DNA from: an uncultured Pseudomonadales bacterium
GTDB taxonomy: Bacteria > Patescibacteriota > Microgenomatia > UBA1400 > CAYXSR01
NCBI GenBank assembly: GCA_964467735.1
Contig: CAYXSR010000002.1
Span: 51,885-115,884 of the forward strand
DNA length: 64,000 nt
Direction: 5' to 3'
Made by a program: the position numbers and the translations under genes. A model generated the notes under the pieces. That model did no database searches, had not been told where the DNA came from, and saw only the letters and a program-made list of their open reading frames with translations. Within the stretch, counting starts at the first letter, position 1, and every line of letters begins with the position of its first letter. Of this stretch, positions 29,936-40,646 are shown piece by piece.

Positions 29936-31071
29936 TACTTTTCTCTCATTGCTTCAAATTCATTATTAATTATCTTTGTCCAAGTATAATCATCGATAAC
30001 ATTTTTAAATTTTAATTTTTTATAATCGTCTTTAAGAATAAATTGAGCTATTTTTGAATATTCACCGATTTTAAATTGCTTTATTTGATTATTCTTAATT
30101 TCCTTGGCATATAAGTGTTTAAAAGCGGGTAAATTATAGGTTATGATTGGTTTATTGCATACCACTGCTTCAAGAATAGAATGACCAGAAGCTTCGTCAT
30201 GACTTAAAGAAATAAATAACTTTGAGCGTCTATAAATATCCCCCTTTTTCTTGCCAACTATATAACCAAAGTGAATAAAGTTGTTTTCTAGTCCATAGTC
30301 TTTTATCTTCTGATAAAACTGTTTTTTAACATCTTTTTCACCCTCTCCTAAAATTCCGATCTTAAAATTTTTTCTCCTATCACATACGAGTTTAGCAACT
30401 TCAACTAAATCCAAAATTCCTTTGGCCAGATGGATACGACCACAATACAATAAGTCAATTTGTTGTGTTTTGGAAGGGATTTTACCTTTAAAAATTTCTG
30501 TCTCAATTCCATATTGACCTGCTGTTTGAATAATTTTTTTGTATCCCTTCTTTTTGTAAAAATCTTTAACTAATTTAGTTATTACAAAAATTCCGTCAGC
30601 TTTATAGAGTAATATATTCCCTAATTGAAAAGATAAATAAGGAATAAAATTTTTTATCCTTGAACCTGGTCGCTTAGTTGGAGACGGCACTGTATTATCT
30701 ACCATCACAAACCATTTTATCTTCTGGTCAAATAATTTTAAAAACCAAGGAATAATTAAAAAATCAATTACTGATGATTGAGAATAAACTACATTAAATT
30801 TATTTTTTAAGTCAGGAATTTGAAAAAGGGCTAAAAAATTAGTTTTGATAATTTCCCAAATTAACGAGTAAGAGTTTGTGGGTTGATGCTTGTGATTGAG
30901 GATAATATAGTTAACTTTTTTTAAATGGTGTTGATAAAAAACCTGTCCTTCTTTCGTACAAAAAATGGTTATTAAAGCGCCTTTCTTCTGCCACCCTCTA
31001 ATTTTGATCAAAGGAATTACCCTGCTTATTCCATCAACGTAATTAAGATCATGAATAAGAATTTTTAACAT
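29935..31071 (-). CDS. GT4 glycosyltransferase
   Basis: Start moved to the ATG at 31071 (MLKILIHD), which overlaps the upstream stop. YCGRIHLAKG and EASGHSILE. Confidence 0.85.
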   Translation of the reverse strand: MLKILIHDLNYVDGISRVIPLIKIRGWQKKGALITIFCTKEGQVFYQHHLKKVNYIILNHKHQPTNSYSLIWEIIKTNFLALFQIPDLKNKFNVVYSQSSVIDFLIIPWFLKLFDQKIKWFVMVDNTVPSPTKRPGSRIKNFIPYLSFQLGNILLYKADGIFVITKLVKDFYKKKGYKKIIQTAGQYGIETEIFKGKIPSKTQQIDLLYCGRIHLAKGILDLVEVAKLVCDRRKNFKIGILGEGEKDVKKQFYQKIKDYGLENNFIHFGYIVGKKKGDIYRRSKLFISLSHDEASGHSILEAVVCNKPIITYNLPAFKHLYAKEIKNNQIKQFKIGEYSKIAQFILKDDYKKLKFKNVIDDYTWTKIINNEFEAMREK

Positions 31072-32246
31072 AGTCTTTTTATTTCCTCTAAATACTGAAT
31101 GGCTGCCTTTTTCCATGAAAATCTTTTAATATGAGCCTCTACTTTACTTAAATAGTGATTGTATTTTTTTGAACTAAAATCGATAACTTCATTAATTTTG
31201 GCAGTCATATCTTTGATATCTCTTGGGTTGAATAATAACTGTTTACAACCAAGAACTTCAGGAATAGAACCAGTATTAGAGGCAACCGGCAGACATCCAC
31301 AAACAGTTGACTCGATAATCGGCAAGCCAAAACCTTCTTCAAAAGAAGGATAAATAAAAATCTTAGCAAAGGAATAAAGTGTTCTTAATTCATCTTTGCT
31401 TACATAACCCAAAAATTTAACCCTTTTTTCCACTTTATTTTGACTTATAAAATTCTTAATCTTTTCAATGTGATCTTTAGGCAATAAACCAGAAATCAAA
31501 AGCTGATAATTATCATATTCTTTAATATATCTAAAAGCTTTTACCAGACCATAGATGTTCTTTCTCTCCTGATTGGTGGCATTGGTAAAAATATATTTAC
31601 TGGTAATTTTATACTTTTTTTTAACTTGAAAAAATTTATTTCTACTCTTTACCTGATAAAAATAGTCATCCCTTCCTTCGTAGATTACTTTTATCTTCTT
31701 CAAATCAGCTTTGTAGACTTTTATAAGTTGTCTTTTAGTAAAGAAAGAAGGAACCAAAACTTTATCTGCCTTTTTTAAGATAAAGGGCATTACCGTTTTC
31801 ATATAAACAACTAGGCTTGTATAAATCTTAAAAATATTACTTTTATAAGTCAAAAAACTTAAATCGTGAATAACTGTTATAAATCTCATTCCTTTTGGTT
31901 TTATTACTGGAAGAATAAAACTGGGGGAAATAAAAATATTTATTTTTTGTTCTTTTAAAAGCTTTAAGATATAAAAATTATCAAAAAAAACATTAGAAAG
32001 TCTTTCATCGATTTGATGCAGCTTATCCAGCAAGTTTGATTTAGCTATTATATGAGTTACATTCTTTGACACTTTTTCCTTGCCAGTAGAGAAAAAAATG
32101 AACTCAAACTTATCTTTAGAATTAAACAATTTGTTCTGCTTTAATATCTCGTTAAAAAGACAATAAGTAAAATTTTGAATTCCTGAAGCTTGGAATTCAA
32201 GCATTCTAACGTTAACTCCCACCCTAATTTTATTACTCTTTTTCAT
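31065..32246 (-). CDS. GT4 glycosyltransferase (MtfB-like)
   Basis: Start moved to the ATGA overlap at 32246. SGIQNF, TVIHDL, ERKN, EGFGLPIIES. Confidence 0.9.
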   Translation of the reverse strand: MKKSNKIRVGVNVRMLEFQASGIQNFTYCLFNEILKQNKLFNSKDKFEFIFFSTGKEKVSKNVTHIIAKSNLLDKLHQIDERLSNVFFDNFYILKLLKEQKINIFISPSFILPVIKPKGMRFITVIHDLSFLTYKSNIFKIYTSLVVYMKTVMPFILKKADKVLVPSFFTKRQLIKVYKADLKKIKVIYEGRDDYFYQVKSRNKFFQVKKKYKITSKYIFTNATNQERKNIYGLVKAFRYIKEYDNYQLLISGLLPKDHIEKIKNFISQNKVEKRVKFLGYVSKDELRTLYSFAKIFIYPSFEEGFGLPIIESTVCGCLPVASNTGSIPEVLGCKQLLFNPRDIKDMTAKINEVIDFSSKKYNHYLSKVEAHIKRFSWKKAAIQYLEEIKRLC

Positions 32247-32923
32247 TCCTTCCTGGCCACTAACCATAAACTACCTCCAATGTCGCTCTTGTTGAAAAAA
32301 GTCCTAATAAACTTTGGTGAGGAATAAAGAATTGTTTCGTTAATTATAACCTCAAAACCCACCTGTTTTAATAAAAAACCAAGGCTTTTCCTGTTAAAAA
32401 GGTGTAAATGAGTTTTATCTTTATAACCAAACCAGTTTTTTTTAAAGATCCACTCAAATAAAGAATTAATATTAGGTGTTTGGATCATTAACAAGCCATT
32501 TTTTTTCAAAATTCTTTTTGCCTCACAGAGAAATCTGTAAGGAGATTCCAGGTGTTCTATGAGGTCTTGAGCTATTATAGCTTCAAAGTAATTATTATTA
32601 TATGGTAAACCATTATCAATATCTTTCCTAACTAGGCAGGCACTGGTGTTTTTTTTCGCCCTCTTAAGAGCAAAAGCCGAGATATCAATTCCAAAAGTCA
32701 AAAAGCCCTCTTTATCTAAAAAAGATAAAAGATTACCATAAGCACAACCAACATCTAAAATCTTTGATTTTTTTTTACATTTAGCAAGTAATTGTTTTAT
32801 CCGATTCTCATAAAGATAGGTGATATTGCTTGATTTGTAACCAAAACCAGACTCATAATTCTTGTAGTAATTTTTCCCGTAATAACTATTTGTTTTATTT
32901 CTAGATTTTAGCAATTTTGCCAT
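32243..32923 (-). CDS. Class I SAM-dependent methyltransferase
   Basis: [29 protein letters not shown]. Confidence 0.9.
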   Translation of the reverse strand: MAKLLKSRNKTNSYYGKNYYKNYESGFGYKSSNITYLYENRIKQLLAKCKKKSKILDVGCAYGNLLSFLDKEGFLTFGIDISAFALKRAKKNTSACLVRKDIDNGLPYNNNYFEAIIAQDLIEHLESPYRFLCEAKRILKKNGLLMIQTPNINSLFEWIFKKNWFGYKDKTHLHLFNRKSLGFLLKQVGFEVIINETILYSSPKFIRTFFNKSDIGGSLWLVARKE

Positions 32924-33510
32924 TTTTTCTTTTTAAAATTATATTTTTTTATAACTTTTGCGGGCGTACCGGCAACCACAGAGTAAGCAGGAACATCTTT
33001 TGTTACAACAGAATTGGCGCCAATCACAGCGTGTTTACTAATTTTCAGATTACCCAAAATCACGGCATTAATACCAATAAAACAATCATCCTCTATAATT
33101 ATAGTACCCTTTACTGCAACTGGTTGATTAATAATTGGTATTTTTATATTTTGATAATCATGAATGTGGTCAAGAATAGTTACTCTGGCTGAGGTTAAAA
33201 CATTCTTTCCAATTTCAATCCGGTTTGCAGCAATAATCATTGAATAAGAACCAATACTGCAGTTATCACCAATAATTAATTTTGGTTTCTTATTTTTTTC
33301 AGTAACAGTATCTAACCAGGAGAACATTCCAACATTAACATTATTTCCCAAAAAAATATTCTTAGGACAATTGGTATTTAGCAGTGGTCTTATCGCACAG
33401 TTTTTACCGATTTTGCCAAATTTGTTACTAATTAAAAAGGTATAAATATTAAATATTTGACCTAATAGTAAACCGAATCTTGCAGTTTTTCTTTTCATTC
33501 TCCTGTTCAT
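32908..33510 (-). CDS. Hexapeptide-repeat (LbH) acyltransferase
   Basis: [40 protein letters not shown]. Confidence 0.9.
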   Translation of the reverse strand: MNRRMKRKTARFGLLLGQIFNIYTFLISNKFGKIGKNCAIRPLLNTNCPKNIFLGNNVNVGMFSWLDTVTEKNKKPKLIIGDNCSIGSYSMIIAANRIEIGKNVLTSARVTILDHIHDYQNIKIPIINQPVAVKGTIIIEDDCFIGINAVILGNLKISKHAVIGANSVVTKDVPAYSVVAGTPAKVIKKYNFKKKKWQNC

Positions 33511-34535
33511 GTCAGTTCTATCTTAATTTTATTAGCAATACTTTTAGAAAGCATCTTGCTTTTATAAAGATCAACAATTTTTCTTAAAAGAAATCGCGGC
33601 GTAAATAAACAAACTAAGGTATAAAACCAAAATCTTTTATCAATAAGACTAGCAGGACGATATTTTATATGAACGCATATCTCTTCCAGCAAATCCTTTA
33701 AATAACTATAGTTTTTTATCTGTACCAATCCAACATAGTTTTGAGCCATGTAATTCTGACATATTTTTCTTTCTCTTTGATATTTTTTCCCAGGCAAAAT
33801 GTATTCAAAAACATCCATCCATGTTTGAGTCGGTGAAGGCTCATAAATTGCCGGCTTAAACCGACACTGACTTTCATAGATACCAACCGCTACAATATAA
33901 TCTTTGAGAAATATCGCTTTGTGGTCTTTTAAAATCGAGAAGAATGGGTAAGCTTGAGAAGTAAAAACATGCTCATGAAAAGGTTGTTTTAGATATTTCG
34001 TTCGATATGCCAAACCAGAAACCAAAAAGACTCCCCTAACTACTGCTTCCAATTTTTTCGGACTACTATTTATAGATATTATTGTGTCTTTTTTTATACT
34101 TGGAGGCGGCCAGTGCCTAACTGGAATTTTTGGATCATATTCAAACTGATAGTATGGGCGGGTAACTACTCCAACATCATCATCCAATTCAAAAGCTCTA
34201 ACTATTTTTAACAAAGCATTTTTTAGAAAAATATCATCCTGAGCCATCAAAACCATAATGTCACTTTTTATTTTATCTCTAAAACTATTTAAATTCTTGC
34301 CGTACCCAAGGTTCATTTTATTCTTATAAAATTTTATTCTTTTGTCCTTGATATTTTTGATAATTTTTTCTGTATCATCCTTTGAATAATCATCATTAAT
34401 TATAATTTCAAAATTCTGATAACTCTGTTTCAAAATACTATTTATTGTCCTTTTAATTGTGTTGCTACCGTTAAAAGTTGGTATACAAATGCTTAATTTG
34501 AGTTTGTTTTTACTATTAAATGTTTTTTTTATCAT
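33507..34535 (-). CDS. GT2 glycosyltransferase (candidate dideoxy-sugar transferase)
   Basis: [29 protein letters not shown]. Adjacent to the rfbH block. Confidence 0.85.
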   Translation of the reverse strand: MIKKTFNSKNKLKLSICIPTFNGSNTIKRTINSILKQSYQNFEIIINDDYSKDDTEKIIKNIKDKRIKFYKNKMNLGYGKNLNSFRDKIKSDIMVLMAQDDIFLKNALLKIVRAFELDDDVGVVTRPYYQFEYDPKIPVRHWPPPSIKKDTIISINSSPKKLEAVVRGVFLVSGLAYRTKYLKQPFHEHVFTSQAYPFFSILKDHKAIFLKDYIVAVGIYESQCRFKPAIYEPSPTQTWMDVFEYILPGKKYQRERKICQNYMAQNYVGLVQIKNYSYLKDLLEEICVHIKYRPASLIDKRFWFYTLVCLFTPRFLLRKIVDLYKSKMLSKSIANKIKIELT

Positions 34536-34560
34536 TTTTTCAGAACTTTCTTATAAACTA

Positions 34561-35268
34561 TCATTTATCTTTCAGTGAGTAAAAAAACCAACGATTCACT
34601 AAAAAGTAAGGCATAATGTTTGCAAGAAATATATCAATTTTTTCTAACAGAAAAGCATTTCTAGGTAGGATTGGGAAAAAGCCGCTTTTCTTAATATTCC
34701 TAAGTAAGAATTTATTATCATCAAGCATCCTTTTAATCCTATTCATTGTAAAAAAGTTAACATGATAATAGCCTAGGGTTGTCGTAATCTTCAATATCTT
34801 CCTTAAATAAATTAAAGGAAGATCAAAAAACAATTCGTAGCTACCATAACCATTGGGAATCGAGAGAATAAAAAGACCTTTTTCCTTTAGTAGTTGATGG
34901 GCTTTTCTCAAAATTATATCAGGATTGTTAACGTGTTCTAAAACTTCTGTTAATAAAACAACGTCATATTTTTTTGTGGTCTTAAGATTTTCAATTGAAC
35001 TTTTCATCAACTTAATATTTCTTCGTGGAATCCCCAGTTTATCTGTAAAAATTTTGAAGTTATTTAATAACTTAGCATTCATATCTACGCAAGTAACTTT
35101 ATATCCAAGCTTTAACAAAGGAAGAGAAACATGACCATACCCAGTTCCCAAGTCAATAATTTTTACCCTATCTTTATTCATTTTTACACAATGCTCTTCT
35201 GTCGGTTTAATAATGTTATCTAAATTATCTTTATTAAGAGGAGATAGAGAACTTTTTTTATTTTTCAT
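34561..35268 (-). CDS. Class I SAM-dependent methyltransferase
   Basis: IIDLGTGYG, CVD, YDVVLLTEVLEHV, SIPN, HVNFFT. Confidence 0.9.
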   Translation of the reverse strand: MKNKKSSLSPLNKDNLDNIIKPTEEHCVKMNKDRVKIIDLGTGYGHVSLPLLKLGYKVTCVDMNAKLLNNFKIFTDKLGIPRRNIKLMKSSIENLKTTKKYDVVLLTEVLEHVNNPDIILRKAHQLLKEKGLFILSIPNGYGSYELFFDLPLIYLRKILKITTTLGYYHVNFFTMNRIKRMLDDNKFLLRNIKKSGFFPILPRNAFLLEKIDIFLANIMPYFLVNRWFFYSLKDK

Positions 35269-36502
35269 TTAAAAATTTTGCAAATTGTTTAATAATATAG
35301 TTTATCATTTTTTTATCTATCCCGGGAAAAACACCAATCCAAAAACCGTCATTCATAATTTTATCTGAATTTTTTAATCTTCCAATTTTTCTACATTTAA
35401 TATCTAAATAGGCCGGATGTTTTAAGATATTGCCGGCAAAAAGGTTTCGAGTGCCGATTTTTTTTGATTCTAAGTATTTAACTAATTCTAGGCGAGTAAA
35501 AGGAGCTTTATCCTTTAAAATAATCATAAAACCAAACCAACATGGATTACTATTCTTTTCTGGTTCTTGAAAAAAGAAATATTTGTTGTATTTTTCAAGT
35601 CCCTTTTTAAGCAAAAGATAGTTTTCCTGCCTTTTTCTAATAAATTGCGGCAGTTTATCCATTTGAGCTACTCCTATTGCCGCTTGAAAATCAGTCAACT
35701 TCAAGTTGTAACCTATTTGAGAATAAATATATTTATGGTCATATCCAAAAGGTAGCTTCCCCAATTGCCAACTAAACCTTTTGCCGCAACTATTGTCTTC
35801 TCCTGTACCACACCAACAATCTCTGCCCCAGTCCCGAAATTGCCTTAGGGAACGATAAATCAAAGGACTGCTGGTAACAACCGCACCTCCTTCTGCCATT
35901 GTTATTTGATGGGCGGGATAAAAACTGAAGGTCGCCAAATCGCCAAATCCACCAAGATATTTTCCTTTATATGTTGAACCTAAGGCGTCACAACAATCCT
36001 CAATTAGCCAGATATTATTTTTCCTGGCAATCTTTTTAATCTCTACCAAGTCAAAAGGATTTCCTAAAGTATGAGCAAGTATTATTAGTTTTGTTTTTTT
36101 AGTTATGGCCTTTTTCAAACCAGATATATTGATATTTAATGTTTTTAAATCAATATCTACAAAAACTGGTTTTAAGCCGTAAAGAAAACCAGGATTTACT
36201 GTTGTGGGGAAAGCAACGGCCGTTGTAATAAATTCATCGCCTTTTTTTAAAGCTCTTTTTTTAAATACTTTTGAAGTTAAAGCCGCTACTGCCAAAAGAT
36301 TTGCCGAAGAACCGGAATTGACAAGAACTGTATGTTTTATTGATAGAAAACTAGTAAATCTTTTTTCAAACTTTTTGGCAAATTCACCTTCAGTCCAATA
36401 CCCATCTTTTGCAACTTTAATAATATTGTTTATCTCTCTATGGTCAAATACTTTTCTGGTGGTAGGAATATAATCAATTCCCGGAAGAAATGAATCTTTC
36501 AT
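35258..36502 (-). CDS. rfbH: CDP-4-keto-6-deoxy-D-glucose 3-dehydrase (E1, RfbH/DdhC)
   Basis: VNSGSSANL, EDCCDALGS, FSFYPAHQITMAEGG (His in place of the Schiff-base Lys), GRDCWC..G.DNSCGKRF Fe-S motif, GYDHKY. Confidence 0.95.
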   Translation of the reverse strand: MKDSFLPGIDYIPTTRKVFDHREINNIIKVAKDGYWTEGEFAKKFEKRFTSFLSIKHTVLVNSGSSANLLAVAALTSKVFKKRALKKGDEFITTAVAFPTTVNPGFLYGLKPVFVDIDLKTLNINISGLKKAITKKTKLIILAHTLGNPFDLVEIKKIARKNNIWLIEDCCDALGSTYKGKYLGGFGDLATFSFYPAHQITMAEGGAVVTSSPLIYRSLRQFRDWGRDCWCGTGEDNSCGKRFSWQLGKLPFGYDHKYIYSQIGYNLKLTDFQAAIGVAQMDKLPQFIRKRQENYLLLKKGLEKYNKYFFFQEPEKNSNPCWFGFMIILKDKAPFTRLELVKYLESKKIGTRNLFAGNILKHPAYLDIKCRKIGRLKNSDKIMNDGFWIGVFPGIDKKMINYIIKQFAKFLNEK

Positions 36503-36507
36503 TTGAT

Positions 36508-37551
36508 CTATTTTATATAAGAACGAATTGTTTTGAAAACTGCTTCTCTAGTAGAAGTAGTTGGACAGTAGTTAAAAGTTTTAATGAATTTAGTTATGTC
36601 GGGCTTAATTGCCTTGACCACGTTTTTATAATAATTAATTTCTTTTTGCTTAACAACCACTTTTATCTTCCGGCCATATTGCTTGGTAAACTCTTGGGCA
36701 ATTATTTTTGCGAATCCTCCAACTGAAACTAAATCTTTACCTCCTACATTATATACTTCGCCGCTTTTACCTTTTAGCAATATTTTTAAAAACATTATGG
36801 TAGCATCTTTAATATAAAGCATTACTCTTTTGATTGTGCTATCTCCATAAAGTTTTATATCTTCTCCTTTTAGTCCCTGACTAATAAAATCACTAAACAT
36901 TCTTCCATCTTCTAAGTTCATTCCCGGGCCAAAGGTGTGAAAAATTCTGGCAATCTTTATTGGAATTTTCTTTTCCCAAAAATAACTCATTCCTATTGTT
37001 TCAGCTACCTTCTTCGCTTCAAAATAGCAGGCTCTCGGATCTAAATGATTTGTTTTCCCTACATAATCTTCTTTAATTGCCTTATTTTTTGGTGGAGATC
37101 CGTATACCTCACCAGAGCTAAAAAAAAGCATGCTTTTTGTTTTAGAGCTACAAAGTTCCATCACATTAAACAAACCCAAGATGTTGGCACTTAAAGTATC
37201 AACCATGTTTTTGGTGAAAATTTTGGGCGCTGCTTTAGAGGCAGCATGAATAATATAATCAAATTCTATTTCGGTTTTAATCTTTTCCGAAATGTCTTGA
37301 TTGTAGTAGGTTATGTTTCTGTCGTTACCAAAGGCCTTTTTATCTCTTCTTATAACTAAATAAAGTTTTGTAGGCTTTTTTAAGATGTTTTTATTAGCAA
37401 ACAATAAGGTGTAAACAATATAAGAAGTCAGCATTCCAGCGGCACCGGTTATTAAAATATTGCTCCCTTCTAATTTTTTTAAATCTGTTCTTAATTCTTT
37501 AGCAATATTTTTAACATCTGCCCGAATTATCCGATTATCTCTGTAATTCAT
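36508..37551 (-). CDS. NAD-dependent epimerase/dehydratase (extended SDR), candidate YerF-like reductase
   Basis: ITGAAGML, IHAAS.A.P, SSGEVYG, YFEAK (YxxxK), RIFHTFGPG. Confidence 0.8.
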   Translation of the reverse strand: MNYRDNRIIRADVKNIAKELRTDLKKLEGSNILITGAAGMLTSYIVYTLLFANKNILKKPTKLYLVIRRDKKAFGNDRNITYYNQDISEKIKTEIEFDYIIHAASKAAPKIFTKNMVDTLSANILGLFNVMELCSSKTKSMLFFSSGEVYGSPPKNKAIKEDYVGKTNHLDPRACYFEAKKVAETIGMSYFWEKKIPIKIARIFHTFGPGMNLEDGRMFSDFISQGLKGEDIKLYGDSTIKRVMLYIKDATIMFLKILLKGKSGEVYNVGGKDLVSVGGFAKIIAQEFTKQYGRKIKVVVKQKEINYYKNVVKAIKPDITKFIKTFNYCPTTSTREAVFKTIRSYIK

Positions 37552-37553
37552 AT

Positions 37554-38717
37554 TCAGTTCCTCAATGTTTCAAGAGCTGTTTTTATTTTCCGAAGTCCTT
37601 TATTTAAGTTCTCCATGGAAGTTGCGTATGAAATTCGCAAATAACCCTCTCCATACTTGCCAAATGAAGTGCCATCAAGCAATGCTACCCCAGCTTTTTC
37701 TAATAAATAGTCTGCCATCCACCTAGAACTCTTTTTAAAAGATTTAATATTCGGAAAAACATAAAAAGCGCCTTCTGGATTTTGACATTTTACCCCAGGA
37801 ATACTATTTAAATAATCAACTACAAATTGACGTCTCTTATTAAACTCTTTTACCATATTCCTAACACTTAACTGTGAACCCTCTAAAGCCGCCACCCCAG
37901 CGTATTGAGTAAAAGTGGCAGTACAACCAATTGTGTGAGTTAATAAATAATCAATTCTTTCCTCAAATACTTTTGGATAAACCATATAACCCAAGCGCCA
38001 ACCAGTCATAGAATAACTTTTAGAAAAGCCATCCACCAGAATTGTTCTTTTCTTCATTCCGCGACAGTTAATGATAGTCGTATGAGGCTTGCCAGAATAA
38101 ATAATCTTAGAGTAAATTTCATCGGACAAAATCCAACATTTAGTAAGTGAAGCTATTTTGCTCAAATCTTTTTTAGAAATTAGACCGCCGGTGGGATTGC
38201 TAGGAGAATTTATTATCACTAACTTAGTCTTTTTAGATAAAGATTTTTGGAAAACTTCCATATCAAAACTAAATCCTTTTTCTTCAAGTAAGGGCACTGG
38301 CTTTGGAATGCATCCAAAAAATTTAGTTAATGATAAATAAGTTGGAAAGCCAGGATCTGGATAAATTACCTCATCACCTTTTTCTAAAACTGCTGCCATG
38401 GCAAGAAAAATGCCGGCTTTTGTTGAGGGAGTGATGGCTATTCCATTTAGGGAAATTTTTATTTTTCTGGTTCGAGAAACTTCATTAGCAATCGTTTGTC
38501 TTAAGTCTTTTATTCCAAGGGGAGGAGTGTATTTCGTTAGACCTTTTTTTATCGATTTTATTGCTTCTTCGCAAATATAAGTCGGGGTCGGAAAATCTGG
38601 TTGGCCAATTTCAAGGTGAATTATTCTTTTACCTTTGGCTTCTAAAGCTTGAGCTTTACCCAAAACTGCATAAGCACCTTCAGGCTCGAGAACAGCGATC
38701 CTTTTGGCAATTTTCAT
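37554..38717 (-). CDS. PLP-dependent aminotransferase, class I/II
   Basis: GQPDF.TP, NSPSNPTG, SDEIY, DGFSKSYSMTGWRLG, GAFY, YLRISYA. Confidence 0.93.
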   Translation of the reverse strand: MKIAKRIAVLEPEGAYAVLGKAQALEAKGKRIIHLEIGQPDFPTPTYICEEAIKSIKKGLTKYTPPLGIKDLRQTIANEVSRTRKIKISLNGIAITPSTKAGIFLAMAAVLEKGDEVIYPDPGFPTYLSLTKFFGCIPKPVPLLEEKGFSFDMEVFQKSLSKKTKLVIINSPSNPTGGLISKKDLSKIASLTKCWILSDEIYSKIIYSGKPHTTIINCRGMKKRTILVDGFSKSYSMTGWRLGYMVYPKVFEERIDYLLTHTIGCTATFTQYAGVAALEGSQLSVRNMVKEFNKRRQFVVDYLNSIPGVKCQNPEGAFYVFPNIKSFKKSSRWMADYLLEKAGVALLDGTSFGKYGEGYLRISYATSMENLNKGLRKIKTALETLRN

Positions 38718-40531
38718 TCTTCCTCTACCGGAGCAACAAACATATTTTTTAAGAATTCTTCTCGCGGTAGAAAGGGAAACATGTCTTCTAAAGGCTTGGA
38801 CACCATTTTTCCTTCTTTGGTTTTCCTGGAACTAACTGTTGGAATAATGGGCTGTTCTTTGGGAGAAATTATTTCACAAATAACTGGGCCCTTTGTTTTA
38901 AAAGCATATTCTAGGGCTTTATCAAGCTCACTGTTTTTATTAGCTTTTACATAATTTATTCCATAAGCACGGGCTATTTTTTTACAACTTGGAAAAGAAA
39001 CACCTGAACTAGGACCTTCGCCAATAAGTCTTCCAAAATAATTCTTCTGGGTAAATCTTATAGAAAGATAGCCATCATTGTTAATTATAAATATTTTGAT
39101 CGGTAGCTTATGGTGAATAATAGTCTGCAGTTCTTGAATATTTTGCTGGAAAGAACCATCACCATTAATACAAATAACCCTACCTTTATTAGAAGCAAAA
39201 CTAGCCCCAATACTGGCTGGAAGACTGTAACCCATAGCTCCAAAACCACCCGAGGTAAGGTACCGCATGTTTTTTCTGACCTTTATGGTCTGGGGTCCAA
39301 CATAAAGAACTGATCCTGCATCAGTTATCACAATTTCATTACTCTTTAAGTAATTGGAAAGCTTGTCAAAAAAATAATAAATGTTAATTTCTTTTTTTAA
39401 TTTTCTATATTCCGGTAAAACTGGATTGTATTTTCTTCTCCATCCCACACATACCTTAAGCCATTTGCTGTTAAAATGATATTTTTCCTCATCTAGAGTC
39501 TTTAAGGTTTTTGTAAGAAAGTTATCAATGTCCGCTTGAATTAAAAGGTCTATTTTTACGGCTTTCTTCTGGTGAGAACATTTATCTATATCAACAACAA
39601 CAATTTTTGCTTCTCTGGCAAAAAAACTATATTCAAAGCCTATCTCTGATATTGGAAGGCTACTTCCTAACACTAGCAACAGATCAGAATTCTGAACTGC
39701 AAAGTTGCCTGCCCTTGTTCCCTTAATACCAATTCTTCCCGTATAGCTAGGATTGTTGGTAGTAATTACATCAACACCCAGATAAGTTGTAACTACGGGA
39801 ATATTGTATTTCTTAATAAACTTTCCAAAGTTATCAATCGCCCCAGAAGCTCTAACTCCTCCACCGGCTAAAATTACCGGTCTTTTTGCCTGCTTTAATA
39901 AATTTACAAAAGTTTTAATATCTTTAGCACTCGCTTTGCTTATTTTGTCTACTGGAGGAGTAAAACTGCGGAGACTTTTAGAATCAATATAGGCTCCTTG
40001 TACATCTAAAGGTACATCAAGCCAAACTGGTCCCGGTCTGCCTGATTTTGCTGCATATATTGCTCTTTGAAGATGATATTTAATGTCTTCTGGTTTATCA
40101 ATAAAAGCGGCGTATTTTGTAATTGCTTTCACCATCGGCATAATATTGATTTCCTGGACTCCACACTGCCTAATCCCCAGGATTTTCATATAACAAGTTG
40201 CCTCTACTCTTTTCGCTTGTCCGGAAATATAAAGGCTGGGGACCGAATCTACATAGGCACCAGCAGTTCCGGTAAAAGCATTAATTGCTCCAGGGCCGGT
40301 GGTAAAGTAACCAACACCTAAATTTCCGGTTACTTTTGCATATCCATCTACTGCCATAGCTGCTGCTTGTTCATGATGATAACAAACAGGTTTAATCTTT
40401 TTGTTTGCCGCCAATCCATCACTTAAATACATCATTCCGCCACCAGAAAGCAAATGAACATGTTTAACCCCACAGTTGGAAATGAATTGGGCAATAAAAT
40501 CGGAGACTCTGATCCTTTTTTTACTTACCAT
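38714..40531 (-). CDS. TPP-dependent acetolactate-synthase-like enzyme (YerE-like carboligase candidate)
   Basis: HHEQAAAMA, TTGPG, SGRPGPVWLDVPLDVQ, MGYSLPA, GDGSF...NN TPP motif. Lies inside the CDP-dideoxyhexose block; no ilv genes nearby. Confidence 0.85.
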   Translation of the reverse strand: MVSKKRIRVSDFIAQFISNCGVKHVHLLSGGGMMYLSDGLAANKKIKPVCYHHEQAAAMAVDGYAKVTGNLGVGYFTTGPGAINAFTGTAGAYVDSVPSLYISGQAKRVEATCYMKILGIRQCGVQEINIMPMVKAITKYAAFIDKPEDIKYHLQRAIYAAKSGRPGPVWLDVPLDVQGAYIDSKSLRSFTPPVDKISKASAKDIKTFVNLLKQAKRPVILAGGGVRASGAIDNFGKFIKKYNIPVVTTYLGVDVITTNNPSYTGRIGIKGTRAGNFAVQNSDLLLVLGSSLPISEIGFEYSFFAREAKIVVVDIDKCSHQKKAVKIDLLIQADIDNFLTKTLKTLDEEKYHFNSKWLKVCVGWRRKYNPVLPEYRKLKKEINIYYFFDKLSNYLKSNEIVITDAGSVLYVGPQTIKVRKNMRYLTSGGFGAMGYSLPASIGASFASNKGRVICINGDGSFQQNIQELQTIIHHKLPIKIFIINNDGYLSIRFTQKNYFGRLIGEGPSSGVSFPSCKKIARAYGINYVKANKNSELDKALEYAFKTKGPVICEIISPKEQPIIPTVSSRKTKEGKMVSKPLEDMFPFLPREEFLKNMFVAPVEEE

Positions 40532-40646
40532 TTAAAAACCCAATTTAGTATAGAATATAATAATATTTAATATCCGCTATCATTTCAAGTATCAAAAATA
40601 AACTAGTCATTACTCCTACATTCTTCTCTGCTATGAATTGTGTATA

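Noticed and set aside
38714-40531. Calling the TPP enzyme ilvB for branched-chain amino acid synthesis
   Set aside because: No regulatory subunit, ilvC or ilvD is nearby, and the context is CDP-dideoxyhexose synthesis.
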